Positions 17,134-26,457 of a stretch of DNA of 64,000 bases are shown one piece after another (the stretch's first letter is position 1; the number at the start of each line of letters is the position of its first letter). The notes below the pieces were generated by a model. The model saw only the letters and a list, made by a program, of their open reading frames with translations. It was not told the DNA's origin and made no database searches. Source of the stretch: Pseudomonadota bacterium (GTDB lineage Bacteria; Pseudomonadota; Gammaproteobacteria; SURF-13); NCBI GenBank assembly GCA_040756035.1, contig JBFLZV010000005.1, positions 147-64,146 of the forward strand, read 5' to 3'. The translations under genes and the position numbers were made by a program.

Positions 17134-17826
17134 TCACCACGGTAATTCCTTGCCCTCGTAACTGAAAAATTTCCCGGTGTCCTTGAGCGTAAAGCCGTCG
17201 ATGATTTTGCGCATGCCGCGCACACTGACTTGCGGGGTGATCTCGGCATTAGGCCCGCCCATGTCTGTCCGCACCCAGCCGGGGTGCAGGAGCAGCGCGC
17301 CGATGCCGTGCGATTTGAGGTCGATGGATAAACTCACCATCACGGCGTTCAGCGCCGCTTTGCTGGAGCGGTAAGGGTAGTAGCCGCCGCTGCGGTTGTC
17401 GGCCATGCTGCCCATCAAGCTGGTGATCGCCGCGATCAGGCGTTTCTGGCTGTGCGCCACGTGCACCAGAAACGCCTCGGCCATTTTCGCCGCGGCCAGC
17501 GTGTTGACGCGAAAACTTTCTATCCACGCTTCATAGTCGAGGTGGCGAAACTCTTCGCCGTGATCGTGATAGATGCCGGCATTGTTGAGCAGTACGTCGA
17601 TGGTTTCGTGCGCGAGGTCGCCGGCCAGGGCGTCGATCTGCCGGTGGTCGCGCACGTCCACGCCATGGTAGCTGAGATTTTTATGCTTTTTGGCGAGATC
17701 GCTGAGCGCGCCGGCGCAGTGCGGGTCGCGGCAACAGGCGTACACGCGCCAGCCATCTTCGGCGTATTGGCGCGCGAATTCCAACCCCAGGCCGCGATTC
17801 GAACCGGTAATGAGGATGCTGGGCAT
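17134..17826 (-). CDS. SDR-family oxidoreductase (CsgA/C-factor-like short-chain dehydrogenase)
   Basis: 230 aa. ITGSNRGLG Rossmann motif, NNAG, YRSSK catalytic Y-x3-K. Confidence 0.8.
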   Translation of the reverse strand: MPSILITGSNRGLGLEFARQYAEDGWRVYACCRDPHCAGALSDLAKKHKNLSYHGVDVRDHRQIDALAGDLAHETIDVLLNNAGIYHDHGEEFRHLDYEAWIESFRVNTLAAAKMAEAFLVHVAHSQKRLIAAITSLMGSMADNRSGGYYPYRSSKAALNAVMVSLSIDLKSHGIGALLLHPGWVRTDMGGPNAEITPQVSVRGMRKIIDGFTLKDTGKFFSYEGKELPW

Positions 17827-17945
17827 GAGAAAAACTCCTTTACTTTATGGAAGCCCTGAAATTCCATCCTAACGCTACGCAATCCTGCTACGCTTGGATA
17901 CCGGGGTTTGCTCTTCATGGCAAACCCACTTGCCGTGTCGCGGCG

Positions 17946-18075
17946 CGCCCATGAAATTTTCAGAGACGAAAGAACAAAAAATATGATTTTTTTCTTAATT
18001 TTCAATTTTTTATGTAATTGAAAAATGGCGATGCATCCCTGCATCGCAGGAATCTCTGAGTAACTCAGAGATTCC
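17946..18075. repeat. Modular palindromic intergenic element, family 1, copy B
   Basis: Modules P5 (half)-P4-P3-P2-P1: GCGATGCATCCCTGCATCGCAGG hairpin and GGAATCTCTGAGTAACTCAGAGATTCC 27-bp palindrome. Abuts the CBS gene stop. Confidence 0.6.
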
Positions 18076-18699
18076 TTACGAAGCAATCAGCCGGCGCTCG
18101 ATTTGATCCTCCATCAATACAGCCTCCAACTCAGCGAAGCTTTGCACCTTGCCGGAAGGCTGGATGTCCACGCCGAGTTGTTTGCCGATTTGCGTGGTGG
18201 AGAATATGCCGCGGATGACGTGTTCGCCGCCGCGCGGATTTTCCAGCACCAGGGCGTGCTGGCGCCCCGCCTCTTTGAGGGTGAGGATAATATCACCCAC
18301 ACTGGCGTGCAAGACGTCGTCGATGTGCAGCGCTTGTATTTTTTCATTCGGCGTCATGACGTGCTCGACCAGTAAATCCTCGCGGCGTATGCGCGTGCGC
18401 GCCAGATAGTGCACCGGTTTCTCGCCGAGGATGTCGCGCGCGGTAATGACGCCGAGCACATTGTCTTCGTTATCGGTCACCAGCAGCAACCGCACCTCGG
18501 CGTGGATCATTTTCTGCAAGGCCGTATCCATGGCGGCGTCGGGTCTGATGGTGACCGCCTTGACGCGCTTCAGGTCGGTCATAACGTCGAGCGCGGAGCT
18601 GTTAGGTTTTACTCTCTCCGGCAGGCCTTGTCCGTAGCGGCAAAACGAGGTGCCGGTGCGCAGGGTGTAAGAAGGGAGCGCTTTATATGACATAGCCAT
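18076..18699 (-). CDS. CBS-domain pair protein
   Basis: 207 aa. Two CBS motifs (DVMTDLKRVKAVTIRPDAAMDTALQKMIHAEVRLLLVTD..., VEHVMTPNEKIQALHIDDVLHASVGDIILTLKEAGRQHALVL). Confidence 0.7.
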   Translation of the reverse strand: MAMSYKALPSYTLRTGTSFCRYGQGLPERVKPNSSALDVMTDLKRVKAVTIRPDAAMDTALQKMIHAEVRLLLVTDNEDNVLGVITARDILGEKPVHYLARTRIRREDLLVEHVMTPNEKIQALHIDDVLHASVGDIILTLKEAGRQHALVLENPRGGEHVIRGIFSTTQIGKQLGVDIQPSGKVQSFAELEAVLMEDQIERRLIAS

Positions 18700-18776
18700 G
18701 TCGCCTCCTCCCGCTGTGCGGGTGTATGCTTTCTATGACCTCCAACTGCACGAATGATTCGCCGCTCCGGCGCGCG

Positions 18777-20162
18777 TTATGTCGGCGTTGCCGCGCGCTG
18801 CGGGCTTTGCGTGAAGGCGAACAGTAAATAGGCCAGCAGCGCCGCCGCCAGCGAGCCGAGATACGTGTAGGGCAGTTCGCCGACGTACTCGCCGTAAAAC
18901 CACACCAGCGCGCCCGCCGCCAATGCGGCGTAAGCGCTCTGCGCGCCGCCGCAGCGCGTGAACAGGCCGAACACGACAATGATGAAAATGCCCGCGCCGC
19001 CGAATGCCGAGGCGTCCGCCACCAGCTCGTAAATGCCGTCCGCCGACAAGGCCAGCACGTAGGCGATTACGCCGAACACGATGACACCCACGCGCGCGAT
19101 GCGCACCTTGGTTTGCTCGGTGACGCGCGGCCACAGCGGCACGATTAAGTTGTGCGAGGCGAGCGCACCGGCGGCGAGCAGCGCGCTGTCGACGGTGGAG
19201 AGTATGGCGGAAATCAACGCGCCGGCGAAAAGAATATACAAAATGGTGGGCAACTGTTGTTGCGCGATCAGCGGCAGAATTTGTTCGCCGTCGCTCACGC
19301 CCGGCATCACGCTGAACGCGGCCAAGCCGATGGTCACCGGGATCAGGCCGACCAGCAGATAAAGGCCGCCGCCCAGCAGCGTGGCGCGCTGCGCGATGGC
19401 CGGCGAGCGGGTGGCGAGGATGCGCGCCACCATTTCCTGCGCGACCACCGAACCGAGCGTGGGCACCGCCCATTTTTCCAGCGTGGCCAGCAACGATGCA
19501 TCCTGGCCGCCGAACAGATTCAAGCGCTCCGGCTTGATGGCTTGTCCGAGTGCTTCCACGCCGCCGATGTTGTGCGTGAACACCACGAATATGATTACCA
19601 ATCCCACGATCAAGACAATGCCCTGCACAAGGTCGGTAACGGCGTCGGCGCGCAGGCCGCCGTACACCGTATAGATAATCACCACCAGCGCGGCGATGGT
19701 GATGGCGATCGCCACGCCGAGTTCCGACGAGGCCGACAGCACTTGCCCGAACGCGCGGATTTGCGCGGCGGCCCACATCACCGAGGTGGGCACCATCATC
19801 AGCACCGCAATGCGCTCCACGCCGGGGGAATAGCGTGCGCGGAATAAATCCGCCAGCGTGGTGAAGCCGCGCCGCCACAGGGGAATGGCGAAGAATAGCC
19901 CCATCAGGATCAGGCACAGCCCGTAGCCGAACGGGTCCGCGGCGCCGCCGGACAAGCCTTCGTCGTACACGCGGCCCGCCGCGCCCATGCAGGTTTCCGC
20001 GCCGAACCAAGTGGCGAAAATCGAAAACGTCGCCAGCCCGTAGCCGAGGCTGCGCCCGGCCAGCAGATAATCGGCTTCGGTCTTGATGCGCCGCGACACC
20101 AGCACGCCGATCAAAAGCTGCGCCAGGATGTAAACGAAAACTCCGATTAATACCGCGTTCAT
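18777..20162 (-). CDS. sodium:solute symporter (SSF) family transporter
   Basis: Trimmed to MNAVLIGVFVYILAQLL start, 462 aa. ~13 TM helices, GRSLG and FGAETCMGAAG motifs typical of SSF. Confidence 0.8.
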   Translation of the reverse strand: MNAVLIGVFVYILAQLLIGVLVSRRIKTEADYLLAGRSLGYGLATFSIFATWFGAETCMGAAGRVYDEGLSGGAADPFGYGLCLILMGLFFAIPLWRRGFTTLADLFRARYSPGVERIAVLMMVPTSVMWAAAQIRAFGQVLSASSELGVAIAITIAALVVIIYTVYGGLRADAVTDLVQGIVLIVGLVIIFVVFTHNIGGVEALGQAIKPERLNLFGGQDASLLATLEKWAVPTLGSVVAQEMVARILATRSPAIAQRATLLGGGLYLLVGLIPVTIGLAAFSVMPGVSDGEQILPLIAQQQLPTILYILFAGALISAILSTVDSALLAAGALASHNLIVPLWPRVTEQTKVRIARVGVIVFGVIAYVLALSADGIYELVADASAFGGAGIFIIVVFGLFTRCGGAQSAYAALAAGALVWFYGEYVGELPYTYLGSLAAALLAYLLFAFTQSPQRAATPT

Positions 20163-20232
20163 TATCGTTTGGCCTAATACATAAAATGCGCATAGTAGCG
20201 CGTAGCGCGGCGATGTTAAACTGCCGTTTTGT

Positions 20233-20883
20233 ATGGCGGCGAGGCGCGGCGTGGTGAAAGAAATCGTGGTGCTCGTGCACGGCTTATGGATGACCGGCTG
20301 GGACATGCTGCTGCTGCGTTGCCGCTTGCGGCGCTGCGGCTTCGACGCGCGGCAGTTTTCGTATCCGTCCGTAAGAAAAAACGTGCGGGAAAACGCCGCC
20401 GCGCTGCAACGCTTCGCGCAAACCCTCGAGGCGCCGACCGTGCACTTCGTCGGCCACAGCCTGGGCGGACTGGTGATTCTGCAACTGTTCCAGGATTTTC
20501 CCACGCAACGCCCCGGTCGCGTCGTGCTGCTCGGCACGCCCTACGGCGGTTGTCACGCGGCGCGGCGCTTGGCGCGCTACGCGCTGTGGCGCCGGTTCAT
20601 GGGGTGCAGCTTGGAAGGCGGGCTGCTCGGCGGCGGACCGGAATGGCGCGCGCAACGCGATCTGGGCGTAATCGCCGGCACGTTCCCGCTGGGCGGCGGG
20701 TTGTGGCTGGGAGGTGTGCCGCGTCCCAACGACGGCACCATAGCCGTGGCGGAGACGCGGGTGCCGAAGATGACCGCGCACTTGACGTTGCCGGTGTCGC
20801 ACATGGGCATGTTGCTTTCCGCCGAAACGGCGCGGCAAACCTGCGCGTTTCTTAAAACCGGACGCTTTGAAACATCGCGCTAA
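20233..20883 (+). CDS. alpha/beta-fold hydrolase (lipase/esterase-like)
   Basis: 216 aa. HG oxyanion motif (VVLVHGLWM), nucleophile elbow GHSLGG. Confidence 0.65.
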   Translation: MAARRGVVKEIVVLVHGLWMTGWDMLLLRCRLRRCGFDARQFSYPSVRKNVRENAAALQRFAQTLEAPTVHFVGHSLGGLVILQLFQDFPTQRPGRVVLLGTPYGGCHAARRLARYALWRRFMGCSLEGGLLGGGPEWRAQRDLGVIAGTFPLGGGLWLGGVPRPNDGTIAVAETRVPKMTAHLTLPVSHMGMLLSAETARQTCAFLKTGRFETSR

Positions 20884-20936
20884 CGCGCGGTGGTTGGGCC
20901 GTGCGCAACACGATGCTACACTATATTATTAGATAA

Positions 20937-21087
20937 GGAATCTCTGATTTATTCAGAGATTCCTGCGCTACAGGGATGTAGCGCCATTTTTCAAATACGT
21001 AAGTATTTGAAAAATGAAGAAAAGCAAAAATCACATTTTTGCTTTTCGTGCTCTGATAATTCCTGGATGGAATTATTCAGAGTTTCC
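20937..21087. repeat. Modular palindromic intergenic element, family 1, copy C (full length: P1-P2-P3-P4-P5)
   Basis: GGAATCTCTGATTTATTCAGAGATTCC, GCGCTACAGGGATGTAGCGC, TTTTCAAATACGTAAGTATTTGAAAA, GAAAAGCAAAAATCACATTTTTGCTTTTC, GCTCTGATAATTCCTGGATGGAATTATTCAGAG: five consecutive hairpins. Confidence 0.65.
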
Positions 21088-21116
21088 ATAATTTATCGGA
21101 GCAGCGTGGAGTTCCT

Positions 21117-21863
21117 ATGGCAGGTCATAGCAAATGGGCCAATATTCAGCATCGCAAGGGCGCGCAAGACGCCAAGCGCGGCAAGATTTTCACCAAGCTG
21201 ATCCGTGAGATCACCGTCGCCGCGCGCATGCAGGGGGCCGATCCGAAGACCAACCCGCGCCTGCGCGCCGCTATCGACAAAGCCCTCGACAATAACATGA
21301 CGCGCGACACCATCGAGCGCGCCATCAAACGCGGCGCGGGCGCGCTGGAAGGCAGCCACTACGAAGAAGTGCGCTACGAAGGCTACGGGCCGGGCGGCGC
21401 GGCGGTCATGGTGGACTGCATGACCGACAATCACGTGCGCACCGTGGCCGAGGTGCGCCACGCTTTCACCAAGTGCGGCGGCAACATGGGCACCGACGGC
21501 TCGGTGGCCTATCTATTCAGCAAGGTCGGCGTGCTGAGTTACGCGCCGGGCAGCGACGAAGACAAAATCATGGAGGTGGCGCTGGAGGCCGGCGCGCAGG
21601 ACGTCGTCAGCAACGATGACGGCTCCATTGACGTGCTCACCGCGCCGGAGGATTTTGCCGCCGTCAAACAGGCCATGCTCGACGCCGACCTGGAACCGGA
21701 ACAAGCCGAACTTACCATGCGCGCCGCCACCAATGTTAAATTGAGCGGCGATGATGCGCTGAAAATGCTGAAGCTGCTGGACATGCTGGAAGATTTGGAC
21801 GATGTGCAGAACGTCTACTCCAACGCGGACATCGACGAAGAGGTAGTCGCCCAAGCGGTATAG
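21117..21863 (+). CDS. yebC: YebC/PmpR-family transcriptional regulator
   Basis: 248 aa. [32 protein letters not shown] canonical N-terminus. Conserved yebC-ruvCAB order. Confidence 0.9.
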   Translation: MAGHSKWANIQHRKGAQDAKRGKIFTKLIREITVAARMQGADPKTNPRLRAAIDKALDNNMTRDTIERAIKRGAGALEGSHYEEVRYEGYGPGGAAVMVDCMTDNHVRTVAEVRHAFTKCGGNMGTDGSVAYLFSKVGVLSYAPGSDEDKIMEVALEAGAQDVVSNDDGSIDVLTAPEDFAAVKQAMLDADLEPEQAELTMRAATNVKLSGDDALKMLKLLDMLEDLDDVQNVYSNADIDEEVVAQAV

Positions 21864-21874
21864 GGCACCTTCAC

Positions 21875-22399
21875 GTGGCGCAGAGCTTACGCATACTTGG
21901 CATCGACCCCGGCTCGCTCATCACCGGCTTCGGCGTCATCGACGTCAACGGCCACGCCGCCGAGTATGTCGCCAGCGGCTGCGTGCGCATTACGCAGGAG
22001 GCGCTGGCCGATCGCTTAAAAGTCATTTTCGAGGGCGTGCAGGAATTGCTGGCGACCTACCAACCCGCGGAAATAGTCGTTGAACGCGTGTTCCTGCACC
22101 GCAACGCCGACTCGGCGCTCAAACTCGGTCAGGCGCGCGGCGCCGCGATCTGCGCCGCCGCCGTGCAATCCCTGCCGCTGCACGAATACACACCCGCGCA
22201 AATCAAGCAGGCCATCGTCGGCAAGGGTAACGCCGGCAAGGAACAAGTTCAGCACATGGTGAAGATATTGCTCAAGCTGCCCGCCGCGCCGCAGGCCGAC
22301 GCCGCGGACGCGCTGGCCGTGGCGCTGTGCCACTGCCACACGCGCCAGTTGCTCGGTCAGACGGGCGGCGTAGCTTGGCGCAAGGGGCGCACGCGATGA
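21875..22399 (+). CDS. ruvC: crossover junction endodeoxyribonuclease RuvC
   Basis: GTG start. [17 protein letters not shown] (catalytic Asp), EIVVERVF. Confidence 0.9.
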   Translation: MAQSLRILGIDPGSLITGFGVIDVNGHAAEYVASGCVRITQEALADRLKVIFEGVQELLATYQPAEIVVERVFLHRNADSALKLGQARGAAICAAAVQSLPLHEYTPAQIKQAIVGKGNAGKEQVQHMVKILLKLPAAPQADAADALAVALCHCHTRQLLGQTGGVAWRKGRTR

Positions 22400-23016
22400 T
22401 CGGTCGCCTGCACGGCACCTTGCTGGCGCGCCAGGCGCCGTATTTATTGATCGACGTACACGGCGTGGGCTACGAAGTCGAAGCGCCCATGACCACCTTC
22501 TACGAATTGCCCGCGGTCGGCGCGCAAGTGACCCTGTACACGCATCTCGTGGTGCGCGATGATGCGCACTTATTATACGGTTTCGCCGCCGAATCCGAGC
22601 GCGCGCTGTTCCGCAGCCTTATCAAAGTGAGCGGCGTCGGCGCCAAGCTGGCGCTGACCATCTTGTCCGGCATGTCGGCGGCGGGCTTCGCGCGCTGCGT
22701 GCAACACAACGACAGCGCCAGCCTCACGCGCTTGCCCGGCATCGGCAAAAAAACCGCCGAGCGGTTGATACTGGAAATGCGCGATCGCCTGGCCGATTGG
22801 CAAACCGGCCACGGCGCGGCGCTGCCCGGCGCGCCCGCGCTCGCCGCGGGTCCCGGCGATGCATCGAGCGATGCGATCAGCGCCCTGGTGGCGCTCGGCT
22901 ACAAGCCGCAAGAGGCGAGCCGCATGGTGCACGGTATCGACGCCGAGGGTCTGTCCAGCGAACAAATCATCCGCCGGGCGCTACAATCCTTGGTTAAAGA
23001 AGCGCCGGTGAAATAA
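22396..23016 (+). CDS. ruvA: Holliday junction branch migration protein RuvA
   Basis: [28 protein letters not shown]; HhH motifs [13 protein letters not shown] and [19 protein letters not shown] overlap with ruvC. Confidence 0.9.
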   Translation: MIGRLHGTLLARQAPYLLIDVHGVGYEVEAPMTTFYELPAVGAQVTLYTHLVVRDDAHLLYGFAAESERALFRSLIKVSGVGAKLALTILSGMSAAGFARCVQHNDSASLTRLPGIGKKTAERLILEMRDRLADWQTGHGAALPGAPALAAGPGDASSDAISALVALGYKPQEASRMVHGIDAEGLSSEQIIRRALQSLVKEAPVK

Positions 23017-23024
23017 CGCTGGAT

Positions 23025-23060
23025 ACGTACGTACATATTTTGTAAAATATGTACGTACGT
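23025..23060. promoter_or_regulatory. perfect 17-bp inverted repeat ACGTACGTACATATTTT-gt-AAAATATGTACGTACGT: putative operator of the inserted TA pair
   Basis: Located immediately after the ruvA stop and 15 bp before the antitoxin RBS (GAGGA). Confidence 0.45.
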
Positions 23061-23074
23061 ATGAGGATGATGTT

Positions 23075-23350
23075 ATGAAAACCGCAAGTGGAAAAAAAAC
23101 CTCGGGCAAGCGCGCGGCGAAAAAGTACACCGCCACGCAACTGCGCCAGGAGATTTATAAAGTGCTCGACACCGTACTGGAAACCGGCGTGCCGGTGGAG
23201 GTGGAGAGGCGCGGGCGGGCACTGAGGATCAGCGCCGTCGAAGCGCCGGACAAGCTCGACCGGCTGGCGCCGCACCCGGACTATATCGTCGGTGATCCGG
23301 AAGAGTTGGTGCATCTAGATTGGTCGGCGAAGTGGCGTCCGTATGTGTAA
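23075..23350 (+). CDS. type II antitoxin (Phd/YefM-like) with basic N-terminal tail
   Basis: 91 aa. TATQLRQEIYKVLDTVLETGVPVEVERRGRALRI resembles the Phd/YefM fold. Precedes a PIN toxin by 12 nt. Confidence 0.55.
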   Translation: MKTASGKKTSGKRAAKKYTATQLRQEIYKVLDTVLETGVPVEVERRGRALRISAVEAPDKLDRLAPHPDYIVGDPEELVHLDWSAKWRPYV

Positions 23351-23362
23351 GCCGCCGAGCGC

Positions 23363-23737
23363 ATGATTTATCTCGACACGCATGTGGTCGCGTGGCTCTA
23401 TCAGGGCGCGCGGGCGCAGTTCAGCAAGCGCGCGCAGGCGCTCATCGCCGATAACGCGCTGAGCATATCGCCCATGGTGGTGTTGGAGTTGGACTATTTA
23501 TATGAGACGAAGCGTGTGCGCGAACCCGCCGCGCGGGTCCTGCGCCATTTGCAAAGACAGCTGGCCTTGTCGATTTGCGATAAACCGTTTGCGGACATTG
23601 TCGCCGCGGCGCACTATTGCGCGTGGACGCGCGACCCCTTCGACCGCCTGATCGTGGCGCACGCGAGCCTGGAAGAAAACACCTTGTTAACAAAAGATAA
23701 AGCGATCCACGCTCACTATCGCGCCGCCGTGTGGTAG
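23363..23737 (+). CDS. PIN-domain toxin (VapC-like)
   Basis: 124 aa. [13 protein letters not shown]-terminus with conserved Asp, [13 protein letters not shown]-terminal PIN motif. Confidence 0.65.
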   Translation: MIYLDTHVVAWLYQGARAQFSKRAQALIADNALSISPMVVLELDYLYETKRVREPAARVLRHLQRQLALSICDKPFADIVAAAHYCAWTRDPFDRLIVAHASLEENTLLTKDKAIHAHYRAAVW

Positions 23738-23751
23738 TTTGTGAGGTGCCC

Positions 23752-24816
23752 ATGATACAGAGTGACCGCTTAATTGCCCCACAAAGCCAATCGTGCGAGG
23801 ACGAGGTGATCGAGCACAACGTGCGTCCGGCGCGGCTCGCCGATTACGTGGGCCAGGCCGCGGTGCGCGAGCAGATGGAAATTTTCATCGCCGCCGCCAA
23901 GAGCCGCCGCGAGGCGCTCGACCACGTGCTCATCTTCGGCCCGCCGGGACTCGGCAAGACCACGCTCGCGCACATCATCGCGCACGAACTGGGCGTGAAC
24001 ATCAAATCCACTTCCGGCCCGGTGCTGGAGCGTGCCGGCGATCTCGCGGCGCTGCTCACCAATCTGGAGCCGCACGACGTACTGTTCGTCGACGAGATTC
24101 ACCGCTTGAGTCCGGTGGTGGAGGAGGTGCTGTACCCGGCTCTGGAAGATTACCAACTCGACATCATGATCGGCGAAGGTCCGGCGGCGCGCTCCATCAA
24201 GCTCGACCTGCCACCGTTCACGCTGGTCGGCGCCACCACGCGCGCGGGCCTGCTTACTTCGCCGCTGCGCGACCGTTTCGGCATCGTGCAGCGTTTGGAG
24301 TTTTATTCGACCGAGGAATTGTGTCGCATCGTGAGTCGCTCGGCGCATATCCTGGACGTGAGCATCGACGCGGAAGGCGCCGAGCGCATCGCCGGCCGCT
24401 CGCGCGGCACGCCGCGCATCGCCAATCGCCTATTGCGCCGCGTGCGCGATTACGCGCAGGTGCGCGCCGATGGGCGCGTCACGCGCGACATCGCGGAGCG
24501 CGCGTTGGACATTCTGGACGTGGACAGCAACGGCTTCGACATGATGGACCGCAAACTGCTGCTCGCGGTCATCCAAAAATTCGACGGCGGGCCGGTGGGC
24601 ATCGACAATCTGGCGGCGGCCATCGGCGAAGAGCGCGGCACCATCGAGGACGTGCTGGAACCGTTTCTGATTCAGCAGGGTTTTCTCATGCGCACCCCGC
24701 GCGGACGGCAGGCTACGCGCGCCGCCTACGCGCACTTCGGCCTGCCTTGTCCGAAACTCGATGCCGCCCTGTCGGAAACCGCTCTGCAGCAGACGTTGTT
24801 CGGCGAAAAAGAATAA
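23752..24816 (+). CDS. ruvB: Holliday junction ATP-dependent DNA helicase RuvB
   Basis: Start ATG 23752 (GAGGTG RBS). Walker [10 protein letters not shown], Walker [10 protein letters not shown], sensor residues. The ORF-track start 23731 is an in-frame extension. Confidence 0.95.
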   Translation: MIQSDRLIAPQSQSCEDEVIEHNVRPARLADYVGQAAVREQMEIFIAAAKSRREALDHVLIFGPPGLGKTTLAHIIAHELGVNIKSTSGPVLERAGDLAALLTNLEPHDVLFVDEIHRLSPVVEEVLYPALEDYQLDIMIGEGPAARSIKLDLPPFTLVGATTRAGLLTSPLRDRFGIVQRLEFYSTEELCRIVSRSAHILDVSIDAEGAERIAGRSRGTPRIANRLLRRVRDYAQVRADGRVTRDIAERALDILDVDSNGFDMMDRKLLLAVIQKFDGGPVGIDNLAAAIGEERGTIEDVLEPFLIQQGFLMRTPRGRQATRAAYAHFGLPCPKLDAALSETALQQTLFGEKE

Positions 24817-24935
24817 ATTGAATTTCGCGTGGCAAGGAATTTTTTGCAATACTCGCAGTCTACGGGGAATACGCACGGGCGGACTTGATCCGGTGTTATT
24901 AAAATGAAAGAATCCCCGCTGCCTGAAAAACTTCC

Positions 24936-25346
24936 ATGAAAGAATTCATCTGGCCGGTGCGCGTCTATTACGAAGACACCGACAGCGGCGGCGTCGTGTA
25001 TTACGCCAACTATCTCAAATTCATGGAGCGCGCGCGCAGCGAATGGCTGCGCAGCCTCGGCTTCGAGCAGGATGAACTGGCGCGCAGCCTCGGCGTGCTG
25101 TTCGTGGTGCGCGCGGTAACGATGAATTTTTGCAAGCCGGGGCGCTTTAATGAATTACTGAACGTCAGCGTCAAAGTCGCGGAGCGCGGCAAGGCCACAT
25201 TGAGTTTCGAGCAGAACGTAATGAATAGTATGGATAACGCCGTGTTGTGCAGCGGGCGCGTCAAGCTGGCCTGCGTCGACGCCGCCACCTGGAACCCGCG
25301 GCCCGTGCCCGCCCCCATCCTCACGGAGATTTCTCGTGACCACTGA
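24936..25346 (+). CDS. ybgC: tol-pal system-associated acyl-CoA thioesterase
   Basis: 136 aa. Hotdog fold, YYEDTDSGGVVYYANYLKF motif. Immediately upstream of tolQ. Confidence 0.85.
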   Translation: MKEFIWPVRVYYEDTDSGGVVYYANYLKFMERARSEWLRSLGFEQDELARSLGVLFVVRAVTMNFCKPGRFNELLNVSVKVAERGKATLSFEQNVMNSMDNAVLCSGRVKLACVDAATWNPRPVPAPILTEISRDH

Positions 25347-26007
25347 TTTGTCCATTGTGCATTTGATCATCAACGCGAGCGTGCTGGTGCAGCTCGTCAT
25401 GCTGTTGTTGCTCGCCGTATCGATGGTGTCATGGACTATGATCTTTCGTAAGCGCGCCGCGCTGCAACAGGCGCGCGCCGCGGCGGATGAATTTGAATCG
25501 CGTTTCTGGTCGGGCAAGGATTTGAACGCGCTGTACGGGCAAATCTCGCGCCGTGAGCGCGCGCAAGGCATGGAGGCCATTTTCGAGGCCGGCTTTCAGG
25601 AGTTCGCGCGCCTGCGCAAGCAGCCGGAGATCGAGCCTATGGCGGTGTTGGAAGGCGCGCAGCGCAGTATGCGCGTGGCGCTGTCGCGCGAGATCGACAC
25701 GCTGGAAGTCAATCTGCCGTTCCTCGCCACGGTTGGTTCCACCAGCCCGTATATCGGATTGTTCGGCACCGTGTGGGGCATCATGAATTCGTTTCGCGGA
25801 CTGGGCAACGTGCACCAAGCCACGCTCGCCATGGTGGCGCCGGGCATCGCCGAGGCGCTGATCGCCACCGCCATGGGCCTGTTCGCCGCCATCCCCGCGG
25901 TGATCGCCTATAACGCCTTCGCCAACGATGTCGAGCGTCTCATCAATCGCTACGACGCGTTCCTCGAAGAATTCTCCACCATTCTGCAACGTCAGGCGCA
26001 CAGCTAA
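25336..26007 (+). CDS. tolQ: Tol-Pal system protein TolQ
   Basis: 223 aa. MotA/ExbB family, 3 TM helices, conserved operon order. Confidence 0.9.
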   Translation: MTTDLSIVHLIINASVLVQLVMLLLLAVSMVSWTMIFRKRAALQQARAAADEFESRFWSGKDLNALYGQISRRERAQGMEAIFEAGFQEFARLRKQPEIEPMAVLEGAQRSMRVALSREIDTLEVNLPFLATVGSTSPYIGLFGTVWGIMNSFRGLGNVHQATLAMVAPGIAEALIATAMGLFAAIPAVIAYNAFANDVERLINRYDAFLEEFSTILQRQAHS

Positions 26008-26447
26008 TGGCCATCACTCGTCAACGCGCGCGCAAGCTGCCCATGGCCGAGATGAACGTCGTGCCGTATATCGACGTGATGTTGGTGCTGCTGGTCATTT
26101 TCATGATTACCGCGCCGCTGCTCGCGCAGGGCGTGAAGGTCGATCTGCCGCAGGCCGCCTCCGAACCGATTCCGCCGGAGCAGAAGGAGCCGCTGCTCGT
26201 CACCGTCGACGCGCAAGGTGCGTATTACCTGAGTGTCGGCGACAACCGCGATCAACCGATCGACGCGGAGACTCTGCAGGCGCGCGTCGGCGCGGTGCTG
26301 CGCAATCAACCCGCCACGCCGATCCTGGTGCGCGGCGACAAAAACGCCAATTACGGCCAAGTGGTCGCGGTGATGTCGCTGCTGCAAGGCGCGGGCGCGC
26401 CGAGCGTGGGCCTGGTCACCGAGACGCCGTCCGCCGTCGCACCGTGA
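26007..26447 (+). CDS. tolR: Tol-Pal system protein TolR
   Basis: 146 aa. MAEMNVVPYIDVMLVLLVIFMITAPLL ExbD/TolR signature. Confidence 0.9.
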   Translation: MAITRQRARKLPMAEMNVVPYIDVMLVLLVIFMITAPLLAQGVKVDLPQAASEPIPPEQKEPLLVTVDAQGAYYLSVGDNRDQPIDAETLQARVGAVLRNQPATPILVRGDKNANYGQVVAVMSLLQGAGAPSVGLVTETPSAVAP

Positions 26448-26457
26448 CGCACCGCTC

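Noticed and set aside
16863-17165. small ORFs sharing GWAR..CP / KRAHPT peptides near 17100 and 31250
   Set aside because: They arise from translating the REP-like GTAGGGTGGGCAC elements.
18733-20280. 515-aa and 231-aa ORFs overlapping the SSF transporter (different frames)
   Set aside because: Arg/Gly-rich low-complexity products. The transporter frame has clear TM architecture and family motifs.
23793-24821. 342-aa alternative-frame ORF over ruvB
   Set aside because: Arg-rich artifact. The ruvB frame carries Walker A/B motifs.
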